Notes: generated from the letters alone by a model not told the origin. Shown: positions 17,690 to 29,425, counted from the stretch's first letter. The stretch: DNA of 40,007 nucleotides from DHVE2 group archaeon (GCA_015522935.1 WALH01000047.1:1-40007); one strand, 5' to 3'. Numbers and translations: made by a program.

Positions 17690-17963
17690 CCTCTCCCACC
17701 AAGACCCCTAATGGAACAGGTCTCACCGGAATTCTTGTAATAGGTATTTTTATTTCTTCTATCTTTTTCCCAGTTTTTCTTGCGATTATTCCAGCAACTA
17801 AGGGAATGCATGTCCTTCCCTGACATGGGCCCATCCCTACACGAGTTAATCTCTTTATTTCCTCTATATCTGTTATTCCCTGGTCTATAATGTCTTCAAT
17901 ATCCTTAAGGGTAACATCATTACATCTGCATATTATTATTTTCTCCCTTGGATCTTCGCTCAT
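17673..17963 (-). CDS. BFD-like [2Fe-2S]-binding small subunit
   Basis: Motifs are IICRCNDVT...GMGPCQGRTC. The preferred start is the ATG at 17963, which forms an ATGA overlap with the upstream stop and is preceded by GGAGGTGAGAG. The ORF track extends the reading frame to 18002. Confidence 0.65.
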   Translation of the reverse strand: MSEDPREKIIICRCNDVTLKDIEDIIDQGITDIEEIKRLTRVGMGPCQGRTCIPLVAGIIARKTGKKIEEIKIPITRIPVRPVPLGVLVGEDEDEE

Positions 17964-18466
17964 TCTCTCACCTCCTTCACTTTTATTGCTCTTGCTTCCC
18001 ATGCAAGCTCGATGGGCACTTCCACAGTTATCACATTGGTATCTCCAATACTCTTCTCGCGAGGGATAACTAAAACCACTTTACCCTCACCTATCTCCTC
18101 ACCCCTGCGATTGAGAAGTATGACTTCATCTCCTCTTTTCGGAACGGGTAATAGTTCGTAGGGCATGGTAACCCTCGCCTTATCATCTTTGTACTGAACC
18201 ATGAAGAATGCCAGACCCGGACATATCTGCACACAGAGAGAGCAACCAATGCATTTTTCGTAATTAACTTTTGGTAAATCATTGGGTGTGGGCATGGATA
18301 TCGCGTTTACAGGACAAATTTCAGCACATGGGGTACATGGTATCTCCTGAGGGCATTCTGGAACCGCAACCGGTTTTTTCCTTAATCTCTCTTCAGATGG
18401 AAGAGGATGAATTTTTTTCAACTCTTCAACTGTAAGGTACCCGCGTGAAAGATATTCTTCGCTCAT
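17960..18466 (-). CDS. 2x[4Fe-4S] ferredoxin-domain subunit
   Basis: 168 aa with two cysteine clusters (CTPCAEICP and CIGCSLCVQICP). Its start forms an ATGA overlap with the alpha-subunit stop. Confidence 0.7.
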   Translation of the reverse strand: MSEEYLSRGYLTVEELKKIHPLPSEERLRKKPVAVPECPQEIPCTPCAEICPVNAISMPTPNDLPKVNYEKCIGCSLCVQICPGLAFFMVQYKDDKARVTMPYELLPVPKRGDEVILLNRRGEEIGEGKVVLVIPREKSIGDTNVITVEVPIELAWEARAIKVKEVRE

Positions 18467-19893
18467 TTTATCATCACCTTCTCCAAACCTTCAAGTATTC
18501 GTGCTCCAAATGGCCCGCTCCTGAATTCCATGAGCTCTTCGTGTGCTTTTTTTACCTCATTTACAGCCCTCAAATCAGCCTTCCCTACACGCAGAGCAGC
18601 GGCCAAACCAGCGATTTTCCCTTCTAACATTGCAGTGGTTGCCTCTTCTATTCCAGAGGAATCACCCGCCACAAATATATCCTTAACAGTGGTCTGCATC
18701 ATATCATCATGGCGAACAACGTAACCACCTAATTCTCGAACATAAGTTGTCTGGGCACCAACCTGATGGAGAAGTTCAATACTTGGCCTTAACCCAACTG
18801 CGAGAGCAACTATATCCACATTGTAAACTTTTTCTGTTCCGGGAATCGGCTTCCAGTTTTCATCTATTTTCGCAACTATAGCCCTCTCAACCTTATCCCT
18901 TCCTTCTGCTCGAAGTATTGTGTGCCTAGTTAAAATAGGCACGCCCAATCTCCGAACTTTAGCTGCATGGACAAAATAACCACCAATCTTGGGCATTGCC
19001 TCGATTATGGCCACAACTTTAACACCAGCCTGAATGAGCTGATACGCTAAAATTACACCTACATTACCCGCACCGACAATCAACACTCTTTTTCCCGGCA
19101 TTATACCGTATGTGTTCATAAGAGTCTGAATTGCACCCGCTCCATAAACTCCAGGAAGATCGTTGTTTTCGAAGGGTATCATCTTCTCCAGCGCACCTGT
19201 GGCAACCACAACTGCTTTACCGTAAAATTCCAAAAGCTCTTTGTTGTTCCTTACCGCCGAGACCATCTTTTTATCTCCATCCTGAAAGAGCCCGACGGCT
19301 GATGTTCTGGAGAACACTTTAATTCTTCTTTTCTCAATTTCCTCTTTAAGTATCTCGGCTATTTTTGTGCCTCGAACTCCAGCGAATTGCTGTCTCTTTC
19401 CGAAGAATTTATGAGTTTGTTTAACTAATTGACCTCCGAGCATGGGTTGCTCATCTATCAAAATAACCTCCGCTCCATGATCAGCAGCGCTTATAGCAGC
19501 CATCATTCCAGCCGGGCCACCTCCAATTATTATCACATCTCCCTCAGTTTTGGTTGCATCTTTCCATTTAGGAGGATGATAATCTTGCGGCAAGGGTTCC
19601 AAGCCTCTCTGTCTCTCCACTCTCATTCCATCTTCAACGAGCGTAATGCATGTCCTTACATTTGGTACCCCATTGACCTTCATGAGGCATGAGGAACATT
19701 TGCCTATCGCACAAAATAAGCCACGAGGCCTTCCACGGGGTGTGTAGTTGAGTACTCTAATACCTGCAGCATGGAGAGCTTCAGCGATCGGTTCGCCCTC
19801 ATAGGCTTCAATTGGTTTACCCTCAAAATAAATAGTGACTTTTCTTCCCTTTTTTTTGCTGAAATCTATAACAGGATGCTCTTTAATCCTCAT
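18463..19893 (-). CDS. Alpha subunit: FAD/NAD(P)-binding oxidoreductase with an N-terminal 2Fe-2S-type domain (PDH alpha / sarcosine oxidase alpha / opine oxidase A-like)
   Basis: 476 aa. The N-terminal CAIGKCSSCLMKVNG..RTC is followed by two dinucleotide folds (DVIIIGGGPAGMMAA and RVLIVGAGNVGV) and FVAGDSSG. Confidence 0.75.
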   Translation of the reverse strand: MRIKEHPVIDFSKKKGRKVTIYFEGKPIEAYEGEPIAEALHAAGIRVLNYTPRGRPRGLFCAIGKCSSCLMKVNGVPNVRTCITLVEDGMRVERQRGLEPLPQDYHPPKWKDATKTEGDVIIIGGGPAGMMAAISAADHGAEVILIDEQPMLGGQLVKQTHKFFGKRQQFAGVRGTKIAEILKEEIEKRRIKVFSRTSAVGLFQDGDKKMVSAVRNNKELLEFYGKAVVVATGALEKMIPFENNDLPGVYGAGAIQTLMNTYGIMPGKRVLIVGAGNVGVILAYQLIQAGVKVVAIIEAMPKIGGYFVHAAKVRRLGVPILTRHTILRAEGRDKVERAIVAKIDENWKPIPGTEKVYNVDIVALAVGLRPSIELLHQVGAQTTYVRELGGYVVRHDDMMQTTVKDIFVAGDSSGIEEATTAMLEGKIAGLAAALRVGKADLRAVNEVKKAHEELMEFRSGPFGARILEGLEKVMIK

Positions 19894-20003
19894 TGAATCA
19901 CCTTTTTAGGGGAATTCCCTAGGATTATTTTAATTTTTACCTGTGTTACCTTTAAAATGAATGTTTAAAGTTTTCAAACAGTTTAAATAGATGAAGTCAA
20001 TTG

Positions 20004-20798
20004 ATGTATGTGAATGCCACAAAAATTGTAATTATATCGGACGATCCAGAGAGTCTAATTGAAAAAACCAATAAAGAAATGATAGTTATCTACCCACGCA
20101 CTAAAAGACCTTCCTCAAATGTCTTGCTTAGAAAAAACATAAAAATTATTTTTTCTTCTTATGCCAGATTTCCTGATATTGACAGTTTGAAAATAATTCG
20201 TAATATATTATTCTATCTTATCAATACATCTGAAATAAAAAAGGGAGATGTTGTGGAGGTAGTATTTAAAAAGAGGGGTGAGTTTCACCGATTACTTTTT
20301 GATACTGATCAGCTGGAATACATGACAATTTACAGAATTCTAAGCGATAGATTGAATGGAAAACTGATAGAGAACATTCTCAAACTTTCAATGAACATTG
20401 CAAGAATGGGTATTGAAGGCAGAGCTGCAGGCGCTTTGCTTGTAATCGGAGATTCCCATAATGTGAGAAAATATATTATTCAAAAATATATAAATCCTGT
20501 GGGTGCTTTACCCGCTATCCGAAGAAACGTTGTAAATATTGATAATCTTGATATTTTGAGGCCATATGTAACCATGGATGGAGCCACAATAATAAATGAA
20601 AAGGGTGATGTGCTATTCTGTGGATCTTACGTAAAAATTCTAGATGTGCCAAACAATTTGGAAGAAATGGGTGGCAGACATCTGGCTGCCAAGTCCATAT
20701 CAAAATTGACCAAGGCAATAGCATTCGTGATATCCAGCGAAGGTAAAATTAAAATTTACCGGGATGGTAAAATGGTTTATCAAATTGAGAATTTTTAA
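20004..20798 (+). CDS. dacZ: Diadenylate cyclase, archaeal DacZ type (DisA_N/DAC domain)
   Basis: DAC motifs are present in the C-terminal half: [24 protein letters not shown] and [11 protein letters not shown]. The N-terminal domain of about 120 aa is as expected for DacZ. The ATG at 20004 is preferred over the TTG at 20001. Confidence 0.8.
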   Translation: MYVNATKIVIISDDPESLIEKTNKEMIVIYPRTKRPSSNVLLRKNIKIIFSSYARFPDIDSLKIIRNILFYLINTSEIKKGDVVEVVFKKRGEFHRLLFDTDQLEYMTIYRILSDRLNGKLIENILKLSMNIARMGIEGRAAGALLVIGDSHNVRKYIIQKYINPVGALPAIRRNVVNIDNLDILRPYVTMDGATIINEKGDVLFCGSYVKILDVPNNLEEMGGRHLAAKSISKLTKAIAFVISSEGKIKIYRDGKMVYQIENF

Positions 20799-21109
20799 GA
20801 TTTAAGTTCTATCTCAATATGAATTCCATCCGGAATCTGTATTCTCATCAATTGTCTCAATGCCCTCTCATCAGCGTCAATATCTATAAGTCTTTTGTGA
20901 ATTCTCATCTCCCAACGCTCCCAGGTTTCACTGCCTTCGCCATCAGGAGCTTTTCGAATAGGTACAACAAGCCTTTTGGTCGGAAGCGGTACAGGACCAT
21001 GAATTTCCACACCTGTTCTCTGAGCAATTATCTTTATCTGATTGCATACATCATCAACTTTTTTATGATCCACACCGCTTAGTTTTATACGAGCCCTGTA
21101 CACAGCCAT
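20795..21109 (-). CDS. rps10: 30S ribosomal protein S10 (uS10)
   Basis: [19 protein letters not shown]...[11 protein letters not shown]...RIHKRLIDI. The start is set at the internal Met, because the longer ORF in the track overlaps the tuf 3' end. Confidence 0.9.
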   Translation of the reverse strand: MAVYRARIKLSGVDHKKVDDVCNQIKIIAQRTGVEIHGPVPLPTKRLVVPIRKAPDGEGSETWERWEMRIHKRLIDIDADERALRQLMRIQIPDGIHIEIELKS

Positions 21110-21134
21110 AAAAATCACCAAAAAGAAAAAAATT

Positions 21135-22406
21135 TTACATTTGTTTCTTCTCAACCTCAATGCACTGTCCAGCTGCAACTGTCATGCCCATATCTCTAAT
21201 TGCGAATCTTCCTAACTGTGGAATCTCTTTGACAGGCTCTATGACCATTGGCTTTGTCGGAACTATTTTCACCACAGCGATATCGCCGGTTTTTATGAAA
21301 TCAGGATGATCTTCCTTTGTTGCACCAGTTTTTCTGTCCAGTGTTTTTATGATTTCTTCAAATCTGCATGCCACCTGTGCAGTATGTGCGTGGAACACGG
21401 GGGTGTATCCCGGAGCTATGACACTTGGGTGATTCAGCACGACAATCTGTGCAGTGAAACTTTTAGCTACAGTAGGGGGAGTATTCATGTGACCTGCCAC
21501 ATCTCCTCTTTTGATATCCTTTTTACCTACTCCTCTCACGTTGAAGCCTATATTATCCCCGGGCACTGCCTGCTTCATGGGCTGATGATGCATTTCTATG
21601 CTCTTCACTTCTCCACTCACATTTGCGGGCATAAATATGACCTTATCACCAACTTTCATGACTCCCGTCTCAACACGGCCCACCGGCACAGTTCCTATAC
21701 CAGTTATGCTGTAAACATCCTCTACAGGCACCCGAAGTGGTTTCTCAGTGGGCTTAGGGGGGACTTTAAGGTTGTTGAGTAATTCTATAAGCGTGGGGCC
21801 ATTCCACCAAGGCATTTTATCGCTCTTCTTCATCACATTGTCTCCATAGTATCCGCTTATTGGAACAAATGGCACATCTTTCCAGCCAACTGCCAAGAGA
21901 AGCTGCTCTACTTCTTTCTTAACTTTTTCGAATCTCTCCTTGCTATATGGTGGCTTGGTTGCATCCATCTTGTTTATGGCCACTATCATCTGAGGAACCC
22001 CTAAGGTCCTTGCAAGAAATATGTGCTCCTTTGTCTGCTCCATCACACCCTCAGGTGCAGCTACTATGAGAATTGCAGCATCCGCCTGTGAAGTTCCAGT
22101 GATCATATTTTTAACGAAATCCCTGTGCCCAGGTGCATCAATTATCGTGAAGTAATACTTATCTGTAACGAATTTTCTGTGGGCAACATCAATAGTAAGA
22201 CCCCTATCTCTCTCTTCCTTCAATCTATCCATCACCCATGCAAATTCAAATGTTGCTTTGCCTTTCTGGTCCGCCTCCTTTTTGTACTGGTCTATGATTC
22301 TCTGGTCTATTTCCCCATGTTCGTAGAGCAGACGCCCTACAGTCGTGGATTTCCCATGGTCAACGTGCCCGATGAACACGATATTCAGATGTGGTTTTTC
22401 TGCCAT
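21135..22406 (-). CDS. tuf: Translation elongation factor EF-1 alpha
   Basis: [21 protein letters not shown]...DAPGHRDF...NKMD. This is a full-length aEF1A. The start is set at the Met that precedes the conserved N-terminus. Confidence 0.95.
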   Translation of the reverse strand: MAEKPHLNIVFIGHVDHGKSTTVGRLLYEHGEIDQRIIDQYKKEADQKGKATFEFAWVMDRLKEERDRGLTIDVAHRKFVTDKYYFTIIDAPGHRDFVKNMITGTSQADAAILIVAAPEGVMEQTKEHIFLARTLGVPQMIVAINKMDATKPPYSKERFEKVKKEVEQLLLAVGWKDVPFVPISGYYGDNVMKKSDKMPWWNGPTLIELLNNLKVPPKPTEKPLRVPVEDVYSITGIGTVPVGRVETGVMKVGDKVIFMPANVSGEVKSIEMHHQPMKQAVPGDNIGFNVRGVGKKDIKRGDVAGHMNTPPTVAKSFTAQIVVLNHPSVIAPGYTPVFHAHTAQVACRFEEIIKTLDRKTGATKEDHPDFIKTGDIAVVKIVPTKPMVIEPVKEIPQLGRFAIRDMGMTVAAGQCIEVEKKQM

Positions 22407-22507
22407 TTTTAATACCTCCTTTTGCTTCTTTGACCCCATATACTCATTGTATATAAATCCTTTTTCCCAAATACCACAGGTGCCAAAAATGAAAAATGTG
22501 AAAAAGA

Positions 22508-24712
22508 TCAGATGGAAGCATAATACGATTCGTCGTAGGGCTCAGGTTTAAGCCCTTTTCTCTCTCTTATCTGTCTTACTACTTGGGGCTGCAGCTCTCT
22601 CGGTACACGCTCATATCCTGCATTTTCCGTGCTCCAAAGAACACGACCTCCTGTTGCACTTCTTATTGCCGATGCAAAACCGAACATTTCTGCCACAGGT
22701 GCTTTTGCATGTATTATTGTTTGGTATTCCTCCTGCTCCATATTTATAATCACACCTCTTCTCTGCTGCAGTTCTCTAGTTACTGCACCTACAAGCTCAG
22801 TTGGAATATTAACATAAACCTTTTGAATAGGTTCCAAGAGAATACGATTACCCTGACACATTGCTCCATATATGGCATTTCTTACTGCGGGGATTACCTG
22901 TGCAGGACCACGATGTATGGAGTCCTCGTGCAGTTTTGCATCTACAAGCTTAACTTTCACACCATAAAGTTTTTCCTCTGCAAGCGGACCCCGGTTACAC
23001 ACTTCGAAAAACGCCTGTTTTACAAGCTCCATGGTCTCATTTAAATACTGAACTCCCCATGTCATATCAAGAAGAATGTTGGGGCCTCTAATTGACACAA
23101 CGCGCTTTGCCTCATCGCGAGACATTCCAGCCTCTTCAAGCTTCTTTGCCAATGCTTTTCTATCTTTTATCCTGTCCATCTCGGGGATGTCACCTTCAAC
23201 TATGGAACGAACAACACCGTCTTCAAGGGGTTCAACTTCAATATAAAATTTATTGTGCTTGTTTGGGCTCTTACCTTCGAATGGCCCTGCCTTATGATCC
23301 ACAGTTTCACGGTAAACCACTATCGGCTGTGAGGTGATAACTTCCACTTTGTACTCATGGGTTATACGGTAAACAGTTACTTCAAGGTGGAGCTCACCCA
23401 TTCCACTTAACAAGTGCTCGCCTGTTTCCTGATTGATCTCAACTTTCAAACTTGGATCTGCTTTGGAAATCGTGCGCAGAACTTCAATTAATCTGGGTAA
23501 ATCTTTGGTGTGTTTTGCTTCAATAGCTATCGTTACAACTGGTTCACTGTAATGTTTCATAGGCTCAAATGGCTCAATTTCAGAAATGGAAGAAACAGTA
23601 CTTCCAGCAATCGCATCTTTAAGTCCTATTATCGCAGGGATATTTCCAGCATCCAACTCATCAACAGGAATCCTGTCAGGGCCAACCATCATTGATAACT
23701 GCTGAATACGATATTTGCGATTGCCCATTCCAGAGATATACAATTCCTCTCCCTTACGAAGTGTACCGCTGAACAGTCTTCCCACCGCAACTTCTCCCGC
23801 ATGAGGATCCATAACGATTTTCGTGATCATCATTCCCACAGGACCATTTGGATCACAGGTGAGCATCGCCTTACCTATTGCGCTATTTAAATCCCCTTTC
23901 CAAATTTTGGGAATTCTGTAACTCTGAGCCTCCTTTGGATTGGGGAGATGCTTTACAACCATATCTAAAACTATTCGATGAAGCGGAGCTTTTTTTGCCA
24001 GCTCCTTCTGTTTTTCATTGGATAGATAATCGTAGATATCCTTAAATGTTATTCCTGTCTTTTTCATAAAGGGCACACTTATAGCCCAGTTATGATAAGC
24101 GCTTCCGAATGCAACACTTCCATCCTCTACGCGAACCATCCATTTATCCTTAAATTCAGGCTCCCCGTACCTCCTTATTAATTTGTTCACCTCAGTTATT
24201 ATCTTTGCAAATCTCTGTTGCATCTGTTGTCCATCCAGTTTTAATTCATTTATGAGACGGTCAACTTTATTTATGAAAAGTACGGGTTTAACTCTCTCTC
24301 TCAATGCCTGTCTCAACACAGTTTCGGTTTGGGGCATAACTCCTTCTACAGCGCAAACCACAAGGATTACACCATCCACGGCTCTCATTGCTCTCGTTAC
24401 ATCCCCACCAAAATCAACATGCCCTGGGGTATCTAAAAGATTTATGAGATACTCCCCACTTCCGTATTCATGAACCATACTTGCAGCAGCGGTATTGATC
24501 GTTATTCCGCGAGCCTGCTCCTGCTCGTCAAAATCAAGCACAAGTTGCTTTCCAGCAAGTTCTTCGCTCATCATTCCTGCTCCAGCAATAAGATTATCGC
24601 TCAGTGTGGTTTTTCCATGGTCTATATGTGCAACTGTACCTATATTTCTTATCCTTTTAATATCATGCATTATCCGCATTGCTTTTTTAATGTTATCTTC
24701 CTTCCTTCCCAT
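22508..24712 (-). CDS. fusA: Translation elongation factor EF-2
   Basis: 734 aa. Motifs are [17 protein letters not shown] and NKVDR, plus the diphthamide-site context [11 protein letters not shown]. Confidence 0.95.
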   Translation of the reverse strand: MGRKEDNIKKAMRIMHDIKRIRNIGTVAHIDHGKTTLSDNLIAGAGMMSEELAGKQLVLDFDEQEQARGITINTAAASMVHEYGSGEYLINLLDTPGHVDFGGDVTRAMRAVDGVILVVCAVEGVMPQTETVLRQALRERVKPVLFINKVDRLINELKLDGQQMQQRFAKIITEVNKLIRRYGEPEFKDKWMVRVEDGSVAFGSAYHNWAISVPFMKKTGITFKDIYDYLSNEKQKELAKKAPLHRIVLDMVVKHLPNPKEAQSYRIPKIWKGDLNSAIGKAMLTCDPNGPVGMMITKIVMDPHAGEVAVGRLFSGTLRKGEELYISGMGNRKYRIQQLSMMVGPDRIPVDELDAGNIPAIIGLKDAIAGSTVSSISEIEPFEPMKHYSEPVVTIAIEAKHTKDLPRLIEVLRTISKADPSLKVEINQETGEHLLSGMGELHLEVTVYRITHEYKVEVITSQPIVVYRETVDHKAGPFEGKSPNKHNKFYIEVEPLEDGVVRSIVEGDIPEMDRIKDRKALAKKLEEAGMSRDEAKRVVSIRGPNILLDMTWGVQYLNETMELVKQAFFEVCNRGPLAEEKLYGVKVKLVDAKLHEDSIHRGPAQVIPAVRNAIYGAMCQGNRILLEPIQKVYVNIPTELVGAVTRELQQRRGVIINMEQEEYQTIIHAKAPVAEMFGFASAIRSATGGRVLWSTENAGYERVPRELQPQVVRQIRERKGLKPEPYDESYYASI

Positions 24713-24723
24713 CTAAATCACCT

Positions 24724-25299
24724 TTATCTCGCAGAAGCTGCCACACGTTCAACTTCTTCCTTCTTGGATACAGCGTAGCTGGACACATCATTCCTTGATG
24801 CCTTGAGAATCTCATCCGCAAGACATTCTTCTATTGGCTTTACATTCCTGAATGTGCTGCTGACTGCACCAAGTGCAATGTTACGGAGAGCAATATCCAC
24901 GCGCCTTGAAGGTGCAACATCAACCGCTTTAGGCACGGCTATTCCAGCCATTTTCAATCTTGTTACCTCTTCCCGTGGTGCGGCATTTATTATTGCGTCA
25001 ACAAGAACCTGAAGAGGATTCCTTTTCGTCTTTTTTTCTATTATTTCGAATGCTTTCTTCACCACGTTGTAGGCACTCATTTTCTTTCCAGTGTACTTCT
25101 CCGTGCGCATTAAGTCATTTATTAATCTTTCCACAACATTTACATTTCTCTTTGCCATATGCTTTTTGGCATGGACTCCATGGGTATGTAGAACTATTCG
25201 AGGATTGAGATTTATGTAATTCACTAAACCGGGATCACGAACAACAACCTCATCGGGATCATACTTTTCAAAAATGAGAATCTTCGCCATGTTGCTCAC
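24724..25299 (-). CDS. rps7: 30S ribosomal protein S7 (uS7)
   Basis: 191 aa. It has the conserved LINDLM..GKK block and the C-terminal KKEEVERVA, and sits between S12 and EF-2. Confidence 0.93.
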   Translation of the reverse strand: MSNMAKILIFEKYDPDEVVVRDPGLVNYINLNPRIVLHTHGVHAKKHMAKRNVNVVERLINDLMRTEKYTGKKMSAYNVVKKAFEIIEKKTKRNPLQVLVDAIINAAPREEVTRLKMAGIAVPKAVDVAPSRRVDIALRNIALGAVSSTFRNVKPIEECLADEILKASRNDVSSYAVSKKEEVERVAASAR

Positions 25300-25724
25300 C
25301 TCACTGGCTTCTCCTTTCTTCCGCGTACAAGTTCTTGGAGGGATATACCATTCACTTTGATTATCTTGTATCTCACACCCGGAATATCACCTTTTGATCT
25401 CCCCAATCTCCCTCCTATTCCTTCAATAACAACTTCATCATGCTCATCTATGAAGTTTATTGCACCGTTTCCAGGTGCAAAAGCCGTAACTACCCGGCCA
25501 TTCTTTATCAACTGAACCTTAACACATTTTCTTATTGCTGAGTTTGGTTGCTTAGCCTCAATACCGACTTTCTCTATAACTATTCCTCTCGCTTGGGGTG
25601 ATCCTTCAAGGGGATCGCTTTTCTCCTTTAATCTGAGGGTTCTTCTTTTGTAATATTTATCATTCCACCGAATCTTTTTGCGATTTTTATCGTGTTTTCT
25701 TGCTGCGTATAATCCGTTGGGCAT
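25296..25724 (-). CDS. rps12: 30S ribosomal protein S12 (uS12)
   Basis: 142 aa. It contains [23 protein letters not shown] and PGVRYKI. AAGGTGAT lies 5 nt upstream of the ATG. Confidence 0.95.
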   Translation of the reverse strand: MPNGLYAARKHDKNRKKIRWNDKYYKRRTLRLKEKSDPLEGSPQARGIVIEKVGIEAKQPNSAIRKCVKVQLIKNGRVVTAFAPGNGAINFIDEHDEVVIEGIGGRLGRSKGDIPGVRYKIIKVNGISLQELVRGRKEKPVR

Positions 25725-25991
25725 ATTTAATCACCTTAGGGCACCTAAATATGCCTCGCTATAAAAATTTTATTGATACGCGTATCTCAGTATAACTTTA
25801 TCAAAATTTAGGGACTCTATGGTCTCAGAGTCTGGGCGAAAGGGATATATATGGATTCTTCATTAACCGCCATGCGATTAAAAGGCGCCAGATGTGAATG
25901 ATGAGCATCTGGGTTCTATAATCGCGCATATCCCGCTTGAATGGAGATCTGAGAAAAACTTCCAGCAAGGATGGATCTCTCAGATCTGACG

Positions 25992-26022
25992 CTCGATAGG
26001 TGTGCATTCTGTGGCCCGCCAT
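25992..26022 (+). other. 5' strand of the pre-16S processing stem with a bulge-helix-bulge motif
   Basis: CTCGATAGGT-GTGC-ATT-CTGTGGCCCGCCAT pairs with 27537-27567. The pairing gives a 14-bp helix and a 10-bp helix flanking a 4-bp helix, with 3-nt bulges on opposite strands. Confidence 0.8.
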
Positions 26023-26050
26023 TTTGTACTTTCCAAGCGAGGCTTGATCA

Positions 26051-27528
<1,478 letters not shown>

Positions 27529-27536
27529 AAGATTAG

Positions 27537-27567
27537 ATGGCGGGCCACAGGCATATAACCTATCGAG
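27537..27567 (+). other. 3' strand of the pre-16S processing stem (BHB)
   Basis: ATGGCGGGCCACAG-GCAT-ATA-ACCTATCGAG is complementary to 25992-26022. Confidence 0.8.
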
Positions 27568-27606
27568 TGATATCCAATAAAGTGCATTTAAAATACTGCA
27601 AATCTA

Positions 27607-27612
27607 TTTTTT
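27607..27612 (+). terminator. Oligo-T tract downstream of the 16S gene (candidate archaeal terminator)
   Basis: A T6 run lies about 40 nt past the processing stem, before the leuC-like promoter region. Confidence 0.3.
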
Positions 27613-27673
27613 AATCTGTTCTGAACTCCTAAAAAGATTAAATATTTCGTGCTGATAATGGAATGGTGATACT

Positions 27674-28930
27674 ATGGGAATGACTCTTACCGAGAAGATT
27701 TTAGCGAAGAAAGCTGGAAAGGAGGATGTGCAACCCGGAGAGATAGTCACCGTTGAACCCACATGGGTAATGAGCCATGACAATTCTGCAGCCATTCTTC
27801 TCAAATTCAAAAAGACAGGCGTAAAGAATGTATGGAATCCGAATAAAATCGTGATAATTCTCGATCACACTGTTCCGGCGCCCACAGCAGAGTACGCAAA
27901 CAACCACAAAAGCATAAGAAATTTTGTTAAGGAGCAGGGTATTGAGAATTTCTGGGATATAAACACGGGAATATGCCATCAGGTAATGGCCGAGAAGGGC
28001 TACGATTTGCCATCAAGTGTAATTGTAGGAGCCGACTCACATACCACAACACCCGGCGCATTTGGGGCATTCGCTGCAGGAATTGGACGGAGTGAGGTTG
28101 CTGCAATATGGGCCACGGGGAAAATCTGGCTTCGTGTCCCTCAAAGTTACGAGATAGTTGTGAATGGAAAGATGCCAAAAGGGGTTTTCGCAAAAGATTT
28201 AGCCTTGCAGATTATTGGTGACATGACAGCAAGTGGCGCGGTATACAAAGCAGTTGAGTTCAAAGGCGAAACAATTAAAAATATGAGCATCGCATCCCGC
28301 ATGGTTCTCACAAATATGAGCGCAGAGATGGGTGCTAAAAACGGAATAATAGAAGCAGATGAAAAAACAGTCTCTTATCTAAAGAATCGTGCCAGAGGAG
28401 CGTATGAAATAATGCATCCTGACAAAGATGCGGAGTATGAAAAGAGAACCGAATATGACGTTTCAGATTTAGTGCCAAAAATTGCCTTTCCACACACAGT
28501 TGACAACGTTTACGATATTGATAAAGCGGAGGGGATTGAGATAAACCAGGTATTTCTTGGCACATGTACGAACGGACGTGTGGAAGATTTAGAAATTGCC
28601 GCGAGGATTCTAAAAGGGGAAAGAGTGAATCCGAATGTTAGAATGCTTGTATTTCCCGCATCCTGGGATGTCTGGCGTGAGGCGGATGAGAAGAGGATTT
28701 TACACACACTCGCTGAAGCAGGTGCAGTAATAATGAATCCTGGATGTGGCCCTTGCTTAGGCGCACATGAGGGCGTTTTAGCGGATGGAGATAAATGTCT
28801 CAGCACGGCTAATCGCAACTTCAAGGGAAGGATGGGTAATCCCAACGCTGAAATATATCTTGGCTCTCCTGCAACTGCTGCAGTGACTGCCTTAAAGGGT
28901 TATATATCTGATCCGAGGGAGGTGCTGTAA
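27674..28930 (+). CDS. leuC: Aconitase-superfamily dehydratase large subunit (3-isopropylmalate / homoaconitate hydratase type)
   Basis: 418 aa. Motifs are MTLTEKIL, VMSHDNS, GADSHTTT and Fe-S ligand contexts (GTCTNGR, GCGPCLG, NRNFKGR). GGTGAT lies upstream of the ATG. Confidence 0.85.
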   Translation: MGMTLTEKILAKKAGKEDVQPGEIVTVEPTWVMSHDNSAAILLKFKKTGVKNVWNPNKIVIILDHTVPAPTAEYANNHKSIRNFVKEQGIENFWDINTGICHQVMAEKGYDLPSSVIVGADSHTTTPGAFGAFAAGIGRSEVAAIWATGKIWLRVPQSYEIVVNGKMPKGVFAKDLALQIIGDMTASGAVYKAVEFKGETIKNMSIASRMVLTNMSAEMGAKNGIIEADEKTVSYLKNRARGAYEIMHPDKDAEYEKRTEYDVSDLVPKIAFPHTVDNVYDIDKAEGIEINQVFLGTCTNGRVEDLEIAARILKGERVNPNVRMLVFPASWDVWREADEKRILHTLAEAGAVIMNPGCGPCLGAHEGVLADGDKCLSTANRNFKGRMGNPNAEIYLGSPATAAVTALKGYISDPREVL

Positions 28931-29425
28931 ATGGGACGTGTATGGAAATATAGGGATGATGTGAACACCGATGTTATATTCCCCGGAAAGTATACATATA
29001 AGATAATGAGCGATGAAGAGATGGCCTCGCATGCACTTGAAGATTTAGACGAAAATTTTGCAAAGAATGTGAAGAATGGAGACGTTATCGTAGCGGGCAA
29101 GAACTGGGGCTATGGCTCATCGCGGGAGCAGGCGGTGAAATGCTTAAAAGCGGCAGGAATAAAGGCGATAATCGCTGAAAGTTTCGCAAGGATTTATTAT
29201 CGGAATTGTATCAATCTTGGCCTGCCTGCAATAACCCTAAAGCACAAAGATATTGAAAAATTCGATGCGGGCGATGAGGTGGATTTGGACATTGAAAATG
29301 GAGTAATTGAGAATAAAACAAAGGATTTTAAAATCCACTTTCCACCATTTGAGGGCTATGTAATGGACATAATTCGGGCGGGAGGAATAATCGAGTACAT
29401 AAGAGAGCAGGTACAGGGCAAGTAA
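28931..29425 (+). CDS. leuD: Aconitase-superfamily dehydratase small subunit (LeuD/HacB type)
   Basis: 164 aa. Motifs are DDVNTDVIFPGKY and GKNWGYGSSREQA, followed by AESFARIYYRNCINLGLP. It starts immediately after the large-subunit stop. Confidence 0.85.
   Translation: MGRVWKYRDDVNTDVIFPGKYTYKIMSDEEMASHALEDLDENFAKNVKNGDVIVAGKNWGYGSSREQAVKCLKAAGIKAIIAESFARIYYRNCINLGLPAITLKHKDIEKFDAGDEVDLDIENGVIENKTKDFKIHFPPFEGYVMDIIRAGGIIEYIREQVQGK

Noticed and set aside
21110-21178. N-terminal extensions of the S10 ORF (to 21178) and the EF-1alpha ORF (to 22439) in the track.
   Set aside because: The extensions add non-conserved residues before the canonical N-termini ([10 protein letters not shown] and [19 protein letters not shown]). 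In the S10 case the extension would also overlap the tuf coding region.
25896-25951. A possible second box C/D sRNA in the 16S leader: ATGATGA, then 44 nt, then CTGA.
   Set aside because: Only the terminal C and D boxes are present. The expected C' and D' positions hold unrelated sequence, there is no terminal stem, and the CTGA belongs to the AGATCTGAGA leader hairpin.
25944-25990. A CTGAGA-containing stem-loop that superficially recalls a TPP riboswitch.
   Set aside because: The conserved ACCUGAUCUGGAUAAUGCCAGCG-type core is absent, and the element sits in an rRNA leader rather than upstream of a thiamine gene.
25825-26022. A 65-codon minus-strand ORF in the 16S leader.
   Set aside because: It overlaps the rRNA processing stem and leader hairpin, has no SD or TATA in a suitable position, and has no recognisable protein features.
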